Below are positions 1-11,624 of a DNA stretch of 64,000 bases, piece after piece. Every line of letters begins with the position of its first letter. The first letter of the stretch is position 1. Source of the stretch: Klebsormidium nitens (lineage: Eukaryota > Plantae > Klebsormidiophyceae). The stretch spans positions 186,001 through 250,000 of the forward strand of contig DF237001.1 in the NCBI GenBank assembly GCA_000708835.1, written 5' to 3'. The notes beneath the pieces were generated by a model. It was not told the origin of the DNA and searched no databases. It worked only from the letters and a program-made list of their open reading frames with translations. The translations under genes were made by a program, and so were the position numbers.

Positions 1-252
1 TCTGGTCCTGACAGCGCTTTTCTGCAAGATTCCATTCTCCAAGAACCCGACCAGTATCAGGTAAGCGTCTCCACCAGATCGAGGGAGAAAAGTTGTTTTG
101 AGATTGCCAACGACATTCCAACCACCATGCTAGGCAATGCAGCACCCACTCGTGGACTTTGGCGCGCTGCTCCAACCGATTGCACTGGGCCCGCTTCTGC
201 TTGATTCTGTTGTCCAACATCCAGTTCTCGTCTGCAACCAAAGCCAACATGC

Positions 253-2282
253 TTAATGAATCTCAAAATAATCCCTGCAAGATTTCATGCCATTACTGCT
301 ACGGCCAGCGGTCTTGCTTGGATCGAGACCTTGCAACAATTCAGCATATTTAAAAGGACGTGAAATCAAGTGAGATACAACCCTGGAAGGCTCACTCGTT
401 ATCTTTGGTAGCTGCGCTTCGAGGCCCGCAGTGCAATCGCTGAGGGTCGCTATCTCGTCCTCTACCGCATCAAGTTCAGCCACCAACCTGTGAAATAAGC
501 AGAACAATCTGAAGTTTTGCTGGAGCGCCTTGACCAGGACAACACGCTTCAGCAGTGCACCGCAGGGCGTTCACGTCATCCTTCGGTTTGCAGGTCATAG
601 GCAAACTTACTAAACACAGCACAATGCTTCGAAAATCTTCCGAGTACACCATTGCAGTTGTTTCAGGTGTTACCTTCTGAGAGTCTGGTCACGCTCATGT
701 GCTACGGTTTCTTTGGCAATGCGCTCGGCCCTGACTTTGGCTGCAGCTAATGTCCGTTCGGCAGTCTTCACGTTAAGGTTCAGACCTGAAGAGACACGAT
801 GCGTCTGCAATTGACCTTCTTCATGCTGTTCTTCTAGTTGAGTTCTGTGAACTACAAGAATCCATCCGTGACATGAACTTGTCACTCGAATTTGTCATTG
901 ATCGGATAGGACCTGCAGAACCTGGTGTGGAAATTAAGGACAGTTGCCAAAGATCTTACCTTCTCTTTTGTCCCGCAAACGAGTTACAGCCGATTTCTTC
1001 GTCCTCACTCGATTTGCATCTTGCTCTTTTTGGAGCTCAGTCTCTGCGGAAACCTTGTCGATGCTTTTCTGCAACTGGTTGCAGGCTTGCTCGAAGCCCT
1101 TCCGCTCTTTAGCTAGATCAACCTTTAGCTGGGCTTTATGAAAAGACTTGCAAAAGTCAATGAATTCCTGCCTGCACAGGACGGATGACAAAAAATGAAC
1201 ACAACTTTTCACGGACTTCTGTCGCTACATATCCAATCAATCTCCTTGCAGGTCTGCTTCGACGACAATCAAAACATAAGAAACTGATGTGCTTTGCTGA
1301 TAGGAGTCTGTTTGCATGCGGCGTCAACTTACTCACCTCTGTTTTTCTAAAAGCTCTTGCTTCTCGTCTTTGATACGCTTTGCCAGCAGAATCTCTTCGT
1401 CTAGTCTGTTTTTCTCCTTCTTTAGAGCTTCTGCAACAAAAATATTCCACGCCATTCCAAAATTACCATCAAAGAATAACCTGTTTGCTGCTCATCTGGT
1501 TCTTGTCGAGGAAACAACCGAAACATTGTCAGAGAATCAGCTTCGTCTCACATCCTCAGAAAATTCAAGAGAGTGAATCTGATCGAAAATGCACATCATT
1601 CTGGTTTCCCTGAATATTGATCGCAGGTTGGGTGTCCGAAGCTCAGAAAGTGTGATTGCTGAGTGTTCCTTACGTTTCAGGTTCTCAAAGTCTTCTGCTT
1701 GTGTTGCAAAGGTGCAATGCTCTCTGAGCAAACTTTGCTCCTCATCTTCCCAGCTTCGCACTTCGTCCTCACAGAGGACGATTGAGGACTCGATCTCTCG
1801 AGTCTTTCCAATTTCGTACGTTATACTTGCGTCCACCTGCAATGGAGAAAAGAATGAGCATAACATTCAGAAGAAGCCCAACGCACTGTCTGATTGAGAC
1901 TGAATTTCAAGCATTGCTTCTCAGCGTTCCTTGCTGAGATTCCTCTTTCAAACAAGGTGCAGCTGATTGCCCCAAATCAAACCATCTGATGCATGTTGCT
2001 TAGCCTTCAGCAGGAAATCCGGATTCACTTACCGCATCCAACTCACTTTTCAAAGCGGTCACTTGCTGCAATAGAGTCGCACTTTCCATTCTAAGAGAGC
2101 TGACCACCTTATATGGACGACGTACCAGTCCGGCAGCAGCGAACGGCTAGTTTTTCTGTTTCTCTCCCTTCGTTTTAATGCTTGAACTTGATACGTGAGG
2201 ATCCTCGGCTCCTTACTAGATAATCTGTACCAACCCAGCTTTTGTGGCACACTGTGATCTCGTCAGCCCCCGCGTCAGCCAT
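253..2282 (-). CDS. Multi-exon coiled-coil protein of unknown family (exon structure partly uncertain; may continue toward the left edge)
   Basis: Several GT-AG-bounded segments on the minus strand encode helical E/K/Q/R-rich peptides: MESATLLQQVTALK (~2089-2047), VDASITYEIGKTREIESSIVLCEDEVRSWEDEEQSLL (~1840-1670), RQEFIDFCKSFHKAQLKVDLAKERKGFEQACNQLQKSIDK (~1170-1000), LEEQHEEGQLQ...AERIAKE (~840-690) and LVAELDAVEDEIATLSDCTAGLEAQL (~490-410). The start could be the ATG at 2282 or at 2089. Confidence 0.5.
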
Positions 2283-2636
2283 AGCAGCAGCATGCAGAAA
2301 GCTCGCCTTGAAAGCGTAAAAAGCTTCTCACAAGGTACGAAGCTGCGATCTGATTTTCTTTGCTTTCTTTGTGGTTCCGGCAGGAGCTAGCGCGTCGCTG
2401 GCGGCCGCTTCAAGCGCACAGGCGCCCACGCGGCCGGCCGTTCATTGCGGACGCCCACTTCGACTTCGGAACAGCTTCGCAAACCTCCAGTCCGAAGAGC
2501 GTCCGCACACGGAAGATGCACGTGTTGTCCGGATGATTGTCCTGATGATTGTCCTGATGCACTGCAGGCTTCAACTTCAACTTCCAAGTTCAAACTCAAG
2601 CCTGTTGTTGCTGTAGGACGCTTGCTGTAGGATCTG

Positions 2637-3030
2637 CAGTGATCGTGGCGAAATTGTTTTCGGAAATGCGCAAACACTAATTGCTGAAGCGCAAATTCAC
2701 CCTAATTGGCGAAATTGGCGAAATTATCTGTATGCTTATGCAATTTCGGGCGCCTCAGCCTATAACTTGGTGCCGAAATCGGTATTGGTCTGACGCTAAC
2801 TCAACTATTTAGCTGCCTTCAAGGCAGACTGGTCATACAAGATCAAGAGTAACTGCTCCTGGGCCCAAAATGTCATTGACACAGGTGTTTCCGCGCCGCG
2901 CGCCTACGCGCGACCGCGCGGCCGCGCTTAATTTCGCCAGCCTGCGCAAACTCCTCCCTTTGCGCGAATATGCGCAAACTAATGCGCAAACCTAATTGGC
3001 GAAATCAATTAGGTTTCGCCACGAACACTG
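2637..3030. mobile_element. Non-autonomous hAT-type DNA transposon (MITE), 394 bp
   Basis: 17-bp terminal inverted repeats with one mismatch: CAGTGATCGTGGCGAAA (2637-2653) and TTTCGCCACGAACACTG (3014-3030). Both ends are flanked by the identical 8-mer AGGATCTG (2629-2636 and 3031-3038). Subterminal GCGCAAA/GGCGAAA motifs are repeated. There is no transposase ORF. Confidence 0.85.
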
Positions 3031-3187
3031 AGGATCTGGGGAATTTGGGCCACCCCCGAAAGATACAGCAACTGACGGTGAAGGAGCGGTTTATTCTTGA
3101 GGGGCAAGGAGCAAAGAAAGCGCACAGAGATACTATAGCAATTGCCCAATTCGCATTGGTCGCGGCTGTGCCGCTCATCTCAACAGG

Positions 3188-5538
3188 ATGGGAAAGGGGG
3201 AGGTGAGCATCTGTCTCATTGTTTTTATAGTTCATCATGAAATATTCAAAATAAAAGGAGTAGCACATGCTGGATGCAATTGTCTGGACGCACTCACTGC
3301 TGCACCAACCTTATGCAGCTCATCAGTTTCTTTAGTCCGTTCTAGCATGTGAAGTGGAGTCACTTGTGCAATTGTGCTGATCATATAACTATGGCCCTTT
3401 GTGCTGTCCTTGCCTATGTAGAATGTTTCACTTCAGGTGGCGTACTAGTGCATTGAATTTTAGCAGCCAACCGGCTCATTAGAAAGTGAAGAACGCCAGG
3501 GAAAGTTGTAGACTTCAGGAAAACTCATACTTTCCTAACTCGACTGGGTGTCGACTGGGTGTCCTTCATTGCAGCTGATGTGATATATGTCGTTTTGCAA
3601 CCATAATCTCCACCTACTTTATTATTCCCTGCAGTCATCGTCGAAGAAGGTCATTGGTAGAGAAGATTGGGAGAAGAGGCTGAGCGATGTGAAGATCAGG
3701 AAGGAGGACATGAACAAGTTGGTCATGAACTACCTTGTCACCGAGGGTTATGTAGACGCTGCGGAGAAGTTTCAGCTCGAGTCCGGCGTAAAACGTGAGC
3801 GACACTCTTTCACTTTGATGCCATGTTCTCTGGAGCAATGTTGGCAGAAGGGGAATTGCATGTCTTCAGTCGCAACCGTTGTGAGCCAGGTCGCAGTGAA
3901 TGTCCGAACTTTGGACGTATTTGCCTCAGCAGGCTCTCATGAAGTCTGGCTAAGCATTTTAGACCACTTAGCGATGCCTGCCATTCAGCTCTTGAGGTCA
4001 CGATAGCCTGCCATCAGGGCGCACACAGCAGGTATCCTGCTATCAATCACCTGCTATATGTGTACTTTTTGGAAGGGCAAAACATTCATCTCAGGTCAGA
4101 AGCCAAACGTAGGCTTGATTAAGGCCTCGTCAGTGATGTTCGCCACCTTTCAACCTGCAGCGGAGATTGACCTGAGCACTATCACGGACCGGATGACTGT
4201 ACGGAAGGCGGTTCAGAGTGGGAATGTGGAGGATGCCCTTGAAAAGGTCAACGATCTGAATCCCGAGGTGCGATCTTCTTTCCCATGTCTGTGGTTGCTT
4301 GAAGCTTTGGTGTCGGCGATGTGTGCATATCACTGACGACAACGATGTATCCAGTTAAAAAACGGTCTTGAAGCCCTTATTTGCAATTCCAAATGCGCTG
4401 AAGCGGAAGCTGATCTTGTTGAACTTCTCTGGCTAATTATCTGGAAGCGCGCTGCCTCAACATACAGAGTGGAAAGACATGCCAATTGATGGATCATGCC
4501 TTTTCAGAAAAGCGGCAGCAATGCGCTGGTGGTCACGCACAGAAACGGGAACCGATTTCGGGTCACTCTTTCATGATCTGCAAGTCTTGTTTTGGCTGGC
4601 CCGTATATATCAGGACTTACGGGGGGTAAGAATCCACATGTGATTTACACGAAAACAAATGTTCCTTTCTGCAGATACTGGACACCAATCCCCAGCTCTT
4701 CTTCCACCTTCAACAACAGCGGCTGATTGAGTTGATACGGAGTGGAAAGGTGGAAGAAGCTCTAGAGTTTGCACAGGAAGAGCTTGCTCCACGGGGAGAG
4801 GAAAATGTAAGTGTCTTGCTCCGAAAGTTTGGCATAAGATCAGGGCTGCCCCTCAACATCTCAACTTTCACGCTTGAGATGCTAAGGCACTCATGTTTGC
4901 CGGATGTATGATCATCCTCTCTCCAGATTGCCAACCCTTCGCCTTAATTCTTGGAAGCTTCTCCAAGTCTCTGATGGTGCTCGATGATAAAGATCTGAGC
5001 TCGAGTATCGACCGTCTCCTCTTCTTTGCAGCACCAATTTCTGGAGGAGCTTGAGCGGACAGTTGCGCTGCTAGCGTTTGAGGACACCGCAAACAGCCCA
5101 GTATCGGACCTGCTAGACATCAGTCAACGGCAAAAGACAGCCAGCGAGCTGAATGCTGCGATCCTGACGAGTCAGAGCCACGAGAAAGGTGCGTTGTTTC
5201 CTCCCCAACACTTCCTCCGGTTGTTCTGTTTCAAGGCTGTTAAGAATTGCCAGCAAGCTTGGAGGACCTCCAACTAAAAGACACCAGTGAAAACGAGTTT
5301 TGCTCGAAGCCTGCATCTCCCCACCTGTCCCAGTCTGCATGACCATCTTGATTCTTTGATTTGATAGGCAGGCAAGGGAGAAGTGTTGAGTGCATATAAA
5401 GCACGTCTCTTCTTTTCAGATCCCCGGTTACCCAGCCTGCTCAAGATGCTCGTGTGGGCACAGAATCAGCTCGACGAGAAGGTCTCCTACCCAAGGATAA
5501 ACGACCTCGTTAATGCTACGCTAGAGGACCCTGTATAA
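3188..5538 (+). CDS. GID8: GID8/TWA1 homologue (LisH-CTLH-CRA subunit of the CTLH E3 ligase)
   Basis: Exons 3635-3794, 4161-4267, 4675-4806, 5032-5188 and 5420-5538 splice in frame to [46 protein letters not shown] (LisH), [49 protein letters not shown] (CTLH) and [14 protein letters not shown]...[14 protein letters not shown] (CRA), ending at TAA 5536-5538. A micro-exon at 3188-3202 (MGKGE) is a tentative first exon. Confidence 0.93.
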
Positions 5539-5699
5539 TGAGATTGTTGCAGATACTATCGGAAGGACGTCGATTCTGTACATAGAAAACTGGGGTTTGG
5601 AGCATGTCGGATAGACATGTCGAGGGATAAGGGCAACCATTGCTTAATCTAGTATATGTGCAGCTTTCCGGTCCAAAGGACTCGAAGTTCTTCTGACCT

Positions 5700-6400
5700 G
5701 ACGTGTCAACCTAGAGGTTGGGCGCGCGCGTCATCTATAGTAAGTTGGTGGCTCACTTCCAGTAGGATCGAGCTGCAGTACGTGGCCACCTTCATATAAT
5801 TGATATCACGTCTTGCAAACATGCACTGGAGCCTCAGTCCCGTGCACCGAATTTCAGAAGGTTCCATGCATGGCTGATATGAACGTCATATCCAGCCTGA
5901 CGCGCTGGTGGCCTGACTCTTCATGCTTAATTGCAGTAGGTGTATGATCATTCGCGCGACAATGTAACTGAGCCTCGTTCAACGGTTGCTTGATTGTGAG
6001 ATCGATGATCGACGCGGCCGTTCAACCATGCATGGTCGCCGGGCCTGCATGGCCCTATTATACAACGAAGCGCACGTTAGTACGGCAAAATGTCGATCAT
6101 GTTCACTGATGCCAGGCGGCCGCTGGCCTCGGTTGGCAAGCTGCGCGATGCATGCCGCCGCCACTCTCTTTACACCTTGGAATATTGCATGGCTGCTAGG
6201 TAACGTACACTGCATCCATGCATGGTTTGTATACAACCAAGCATTGAATCGATATAAACCTCCAAGTGAGTGCATCTGTTTGTACTTACATGCGGTAGGC
6301 GGTAGGTCGCCTTTCAGAGCCGCTACATACCTGGCAGCCTGTACGGCAGATTGTCAATCATGTCCTGTCTTTCGCAAACAGCGTGATTTCGGCTCTTGCC
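5700..6400. other. Palindrome-rich intergenic island A (between convergent GID8 and hemW 3' ends)
   Basis: Dense in CATG, TGCA, GGCC, CGCG, GATC, TATA and GTAC words (e.g. CCATGCATGG, GACGCGGCCG, GGTTTGTATACAACC). No credible exon. Confidence 0.55.
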
Positions 6401-6441
6401 GGGTCGAAATTCAGAAATTGCAAGGATAAACGCTTTTGTTG

Positions 6442-9400
6442 CTAGGATTCATTAGGCAATTGAGCAAATAGTGTTGAAAGAATCTCGTTTGAAAGAAGAA
6501 AGCCCTCTGGATCGCTCAGCCTGACCGTTGAATGCAACGATAAGGTGACCCCGTTCTCCTTTCCTCTAGGTCCGTTGCTAGCAGCCGGCTCAGAGGGAAT
6601 AACGTGCCCGCTTGCAACGAATGGCGCCAAACCCTGCACCCAAAAACATGCACGCACAATCAAAGGTTGCTCAATCTAAATCTGCACCATCAGCAATGTG
6701 CGCTTGCGTCGAAACCGAGTCTTAGCCGTGAAAAAACTTTGGTTATCCGCACGGATTAGCGCTTCCAATCGAAATTGCGTCTTTCAGCTCGAAACAATTG
6801 CCTTCTGACGTCTTGCGAACGACATTAACACAGCGTAGTCTCAGCACTGGCCATCTGACAACAGTCGATACCCGAAGCACAGAGACGAAGAAATCCACGA
6901 GCCCTATGCCTACCCTGAGAGGACGCAGTCATGCCGACGCTCCCTTTCGACGACCTTAGAGATTTATTAACGCTCGGTGTCGAACACAAAAAGGTGGTCC
7001 TCATGTCAATCCGAATCGCCTACGTGGTCTACAAGAGCAGTCTTGTTCCCCGGTTTCCAACATGATCAAGACGTGCGACTCGAACCAACGGTGAGCTGCC
7101 ACTCTGTCGATTCTCGACTAGTCTTTCCGCTCGACGTCAAACCTTACCTTACAGACGGCCTGTGCGGCTTCCTCCCCAAATTCGTCCTTTAAGGCTTTCA
7201 AATCAACCCCCTGTAACAATACAACGAAGATCACTTTTCCTTCTTGCTAGTTGATTTCAGTAGAGCAATGGGCGTAAGCTCGTGCGCACTCGGCGCACCG
7301 TTCCCTTGCGAAAACGAGTGCTTAAAGTTCCAAAGCTCCATGTAGAAGGCGTTGCGACACTCGGGCTGATTTAGGCACGTCTTTCTTCAGACACGGCCCT
7401 GGAATTTTTCCGCTTCTTGAAGGGGAGGCACGACTGAGCGGGGTTCTCTTAGCAGTAGCTTGCTGGATTGCAGTAAGTATCTCATTGAAGCCCGAGCGGT
7501 TAACTTGTCTTCCACGACTCTGCTATAGGCTTCACTTTGATACCGTGCAGATGAAGCATTGAAGAGGCCAGATGTTGAACCTTGGGAAAATGCGGACAAT
7601 CCCGCAGAAACGCGTATTGCTGACCTCAGCGAGCCGTAGCCGCAGCATCAGCCGGTCCAGCAGTCGCTCCTCGGGGCCATCCTCCGGCCAGTCGATGACT
7701 CCCCGGGAAGCCTGAAGAAATAATGGTCTGATGGTCCAAACTACGCCGGCGGGAAAATGGTCGAGAACGGACGAGGAGGCGCGAAGCACGGGGCCACTAA
7801 AAGCTCCAGAGTTGTCTCTCTGACGCAAGAAGGTCAGAAATCGACCAAGATAAGGAGATTCTCAGAATGTTGTAAGAATTACGCACGGGTTTCCCTGCAA
7901 GCTTATCAGCGTGTTTCCGACTTCCGTGCCGCATTCTGCTGCCGTGCAAGCGTTAGATAAGCAGCCTGCAGCCAAGGTGTCAAGCACATTCTTCGAGCTG
8001 ATTCATTGATAATTTTAGATTGACCCGATACTAATCCGTCCGTGTGATTCTTATTACCACCTTCACCGTCTGGAAATTTTTAGTCTCAAGATCGGAATCT
8101 TGCCGAGCTAAAGACAAAAGAGCTCATTCCTTAGGCACTCACCGCATATTGTTGCACCCATTTCGGATATTCGGCCATCTTTCGCGGACGTGAGAACCTT
8201 TGACGGTTGATGTAACTCGCGGCCCCCAGGCCGAACGCAAAGTAGGGCGCTCCGTTCCAATACACGCAGTTGTGGCGGCACTCGTAACCCGCCTTCGCGT
8301 AGTTACTGATCTGAACGGGTCGAAATTGCAGGTCAGAAATAAAGAAGCAGGGGTAAAATAGGAGCAAACGATCGAGAATGGGACCCCTGATATCAGTGCC
8401 CCATGTGTGCCACGTTGCTGAAAGGAGACCCACAATGGTTGCAGAGATTCGCGTTTGAGAGTCCGGCGAGTGCCTCAGAAAGCCCTGGACGGAAAACAGC
8501 TGTAAAAAGGTCTTCTAGGCGAAGCTGATTGCCTCAAGTGCCAATTCAAGTTTAAGTTTCGGGAAAAGAAGCAAAAACGTCCCCAAAACTGGCATTTGAA
8601 TTCCGCACTTCACAGGTAGTTGAGTATGCTCGTCAGGTAAGAGGATCCAAAAGGCTCTGTTGCATCTTCCATTCGCACCACCGTCCATCAGATCGTGAAA
8701 GACTCATCTCCGTCAAAAACTCCCTGGCATCTATAACCCCTCCCTAACCCCTTTCAAAACTAGCCTCGCCTTACCTCGTAGTGCCCATACCCCGCCGCCG
8801 TCAGCGTCGCCACCGCCTGCCTATACATCCCCGCTGCCACGTCATCCCCGGGAAGCGGCCCTTCCCCCGGTTTGAACCACCGACCAAAAGCTGTCCCCTC
8901 TTCAATCTGAAGGTCGTAGACAGAGACGTGACTGGGGGAGGCTTGGACCGCTTGGTCAAGGGAGTGTTGCCATAGCTCGGGGGTTTGATGCGGCAGACTA
9001 GAAATGAGGTCGAGGCTCCAGTTGGAAAGGCCCGACCGGTGGACCGTTTCTATAGCGGAGTGAACGTCGGCGAGGCCGTGCGAACGGCCGCACTGTCGGA
9101 GGAGGTCGTCTTGGAAACCCTGTGCACAGAAGGAAGCCGTTCATAAACAAGAAAATCTTAGATATCATAAATGCAGATGTTGTTTATGCAAGCGACGCAG
9201 AAAGTCGATGACTCAGACGGGTAATAAGTTTTGGGGGACCTCTCCTCCTGGTATTGGAGGGGTGCTAAGAGAAAGGACAGTTGACATGACACTAACAAGT
9301 AGGGCGTAGGCTTTTCCGTCCGCGACCCTGACTATCCTGTATACCTGCCTTACAGAGAAAATCTTCGCCCTCTTACCTTCTTACAGCGTAAGCACAGTCA

Positions 9401-10908
9401 AAACACCTGGCTTCTCTGTTCGACTTCGTTTCATGATGGAAAAGAGAGAAAGGCCTATACGAAATTTGAATAATCTCTTTTCGACGCCGCTGGGCACATA
9501 CCGTTTGAGCAGGGATGTAAAGAAGCATCAGCCAAGTGCCAAAACAACATAATGACCCGGAAATTCCTGGAGACTTTGTTTCAAAATCTTCCTTACCTGC
9601 ACGCCCATGCTAAGCCTGTTCACACCAGTCGACATGAACGCCCGTAGCTTATCGTCATCAAACGTGCCTGGGTCCATCTCTACAGAAATCTCTGCATCCG
9701 ACTGGATTCCAAAATTGTGCTCCAGCTTTTTTAGGAGGCGGTCCAAGAGCCTGGGAGGGAGAAGAGACGGAGTGCCCCCTCCGAAGAAGACCGTGCGCAG
9801 GGGCTCGAAAGAAGCGGGGTCCGCTGCGGCCCTTGTTACATCAATCTCTTGGCATACTGTGTCGACGTATCGCTCCTGTAGGTGGAGGATATTCAAACTT
9901 GGATAAAACTTGACTACTGCAATCAGAGCTCAGAAGGATGATGCATGGCGCTTGAGGACTTGCACCTAGGAGGAAACCTATGTCTTTGAAAAGCAGGGTG
10001 AAATTGCCAGAGTACTTCAGGGATATCAGGTGGTGAGATTTGAACTGGTCGACTGATCTAGAACTCCTGTTGCAAAGCGGGGGACAGCGCGAGTGAATAC
10101 TTTCTGGTGGGAACTTCAGAATGTCAGAACTTCAGAACTCAGAACGACCGCCATTCTACTACATTCATCATTCCACCAATATATCCAATGCTGTTCCTAT
10201 TAGAGATGTTCCTCGCTGGACCTCCGGATCAAGAGGACACAGCAGCCTCGCCCTCCAGATGAGCAAAGAATGAAGAAGTTTCTATCCACCCTTGCTTTAT
10301 CAACACTGATCCTTCCAATCAAAGCTCACCATACCCTCCGCGACAGCCTCGTTCTCTGGCCGGCTGCCGACCACCTGAATGGGGAAGTCGCAGTAGTGGC
10401 ACCGGCGCTTACAGAACGGGATGTGAATGTACGCAGAAGATGCCTTTTCAACATCGGGCCGAGCCTGCTGCGTTCTTCTTTGATCAGTCTCAGATTGACT
10501 AGATTCCTCTACTGTGTCAGCTATTGCAGAAGTGAGTGTGGATCTGGCACCAAACGAACGGACTGCGTCCCACCGGCAAGGGGTGGTAGTTGCTCTGAAA
10601 AGACTTTTGGTTGAGAGATTGATTTTACGGTTGGTGGCGTGGTGAAAAAGTGGGTTAAGCGGGTGGTCAACTAAGTGGTTGATGGGGTGGTTACAGAGGT
10701 GGTGGGCCAAAGAGGAGGCCTGCCTAAACCCCGAAGAGGGCTCACAAGTAGATGACTTCGGGGCTGACCAAGACAAAAGAGGAAAGGAGAGGCGGTCCGA
10801 GTGCCCCCTTTTGCTCTGCCGTGAGCTGAGCAACAACTTATCGCCCTTTGGTAGTGTGATTCTGTGAAACCTCATGCTTGGCAATCCGGTTCTGGCAGCA
10901 AGCGACAT
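6442..10908 (-). CDS. hemW: Radical SAM HemW/RSAD1-type heme chaperone (HemN-like) with a long N-terminal organellar targeting extension
   Basis: Spliced exons at ~10908-10330, ~9880-9600, 9120-8775, 8310-8143, 7711-7625, 7210-7148 and ~6631-6442. Motifs: AYIHIPFCKRRCHYCDF (CxxxCxxC), TVFFGGGTPS, VNRLSMGVQ, SLDLISSLPHQT, HVSVYDLQIEEGT, CRHNCVYW and C-terminal RLSDPEGFLLSNEIL. Confidence 0.9.
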
Positions 10909-11357
10909 GCTTTGTGAACTTTGCGTGAACCCCGATGCAATCGCGTGTGTGCTTGGAGACTTGACAGGAAGAAAGTGCATTCCTCGCGAGAACGCCAAGT
11001 ATCTCAAAGCTCCGGAGCTTGCAGCAATGCTTTCCGCCATCTGGATCATAGGATTCATGAGCAGCACATTACTCCGCCTTGCTGAGGGAACAAACACTGA
11101 AACAGCGCCCCACAAATCATAAGAGTAACCTACTTCAATTGATCAGGAATGATTGCTTTGAAAGTTTCAAGTTGATCTTCATGCAGCGAAACCCCCATCA
11201 TGAGTCAGGCTATCATGGTAAAACCATGTACTGTTCCGCGAACAGAAACGGTAACCGTCCATAAGAAAACCCTCTACCGTCGATCTTACACCGCGTTTTG
11301 CACCGTCCATGCTGACCCTGATTGTCGACCATCGACGGTCCAAGTATGCCTGCTCTC

Positions 11358-11365
11358 GCGCCAAA
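11358..11365 (-). promoter_or_regulatory. Candidate E2F site (TTTGGCGC) upstream of POLE2
   Basis: Exact match to TTTSSCGS about 260 bp upstream of the POLE2 ATG, in the hemW/POLE2 divergent promoter. An 8-mer can occur by chance. Confidence 0.45.
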
Positions 11366-11624
11366 AGGTATGAAGCACAAGAAGATCACGGACGACCATG
11401 TCATTGTCACGTGCATTTTCTGCCTGGTTGAAGTTTTATGTAATCACCATTCTTCAAAGAAGCTCCTGGAGCTCTAAAGACTAAAGCCGACGGTGGAGGT
11501 TGCTCAGACGTCCTATAGGATGCTTGTGTTGAGTTGCCAGACAGTTGGATAGCTGTAATTTCGTCAGCCTGTGGCCTGCCTGGGTAGCTCTTAGAGAGTA
11601 GGATCCTGGACACCGCTTGCAGCG

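Noticed and set aside
2519-2560. GATGATTGTCCT tandem repeat and overlapping ORFs (2371-2677)
   Set aside because: Short 12-bp duplication giving SGQS repeats. No recognisable protein or splice context, and it lies outside the MITE boundaries.
3540-3562. TCGACTGGGTG duplicated in the GID8 first intron
   Set aside because: Two copies of an 11-mer, consistent with ordinary slippage. No structural meaning evident.
7387-7599. 70-aa minus-strand ORF inside hemW
   Set aside because: It lies in the intron between exons 7711-7625 and 7210-7148, which already join in frame (AE|GVDL).
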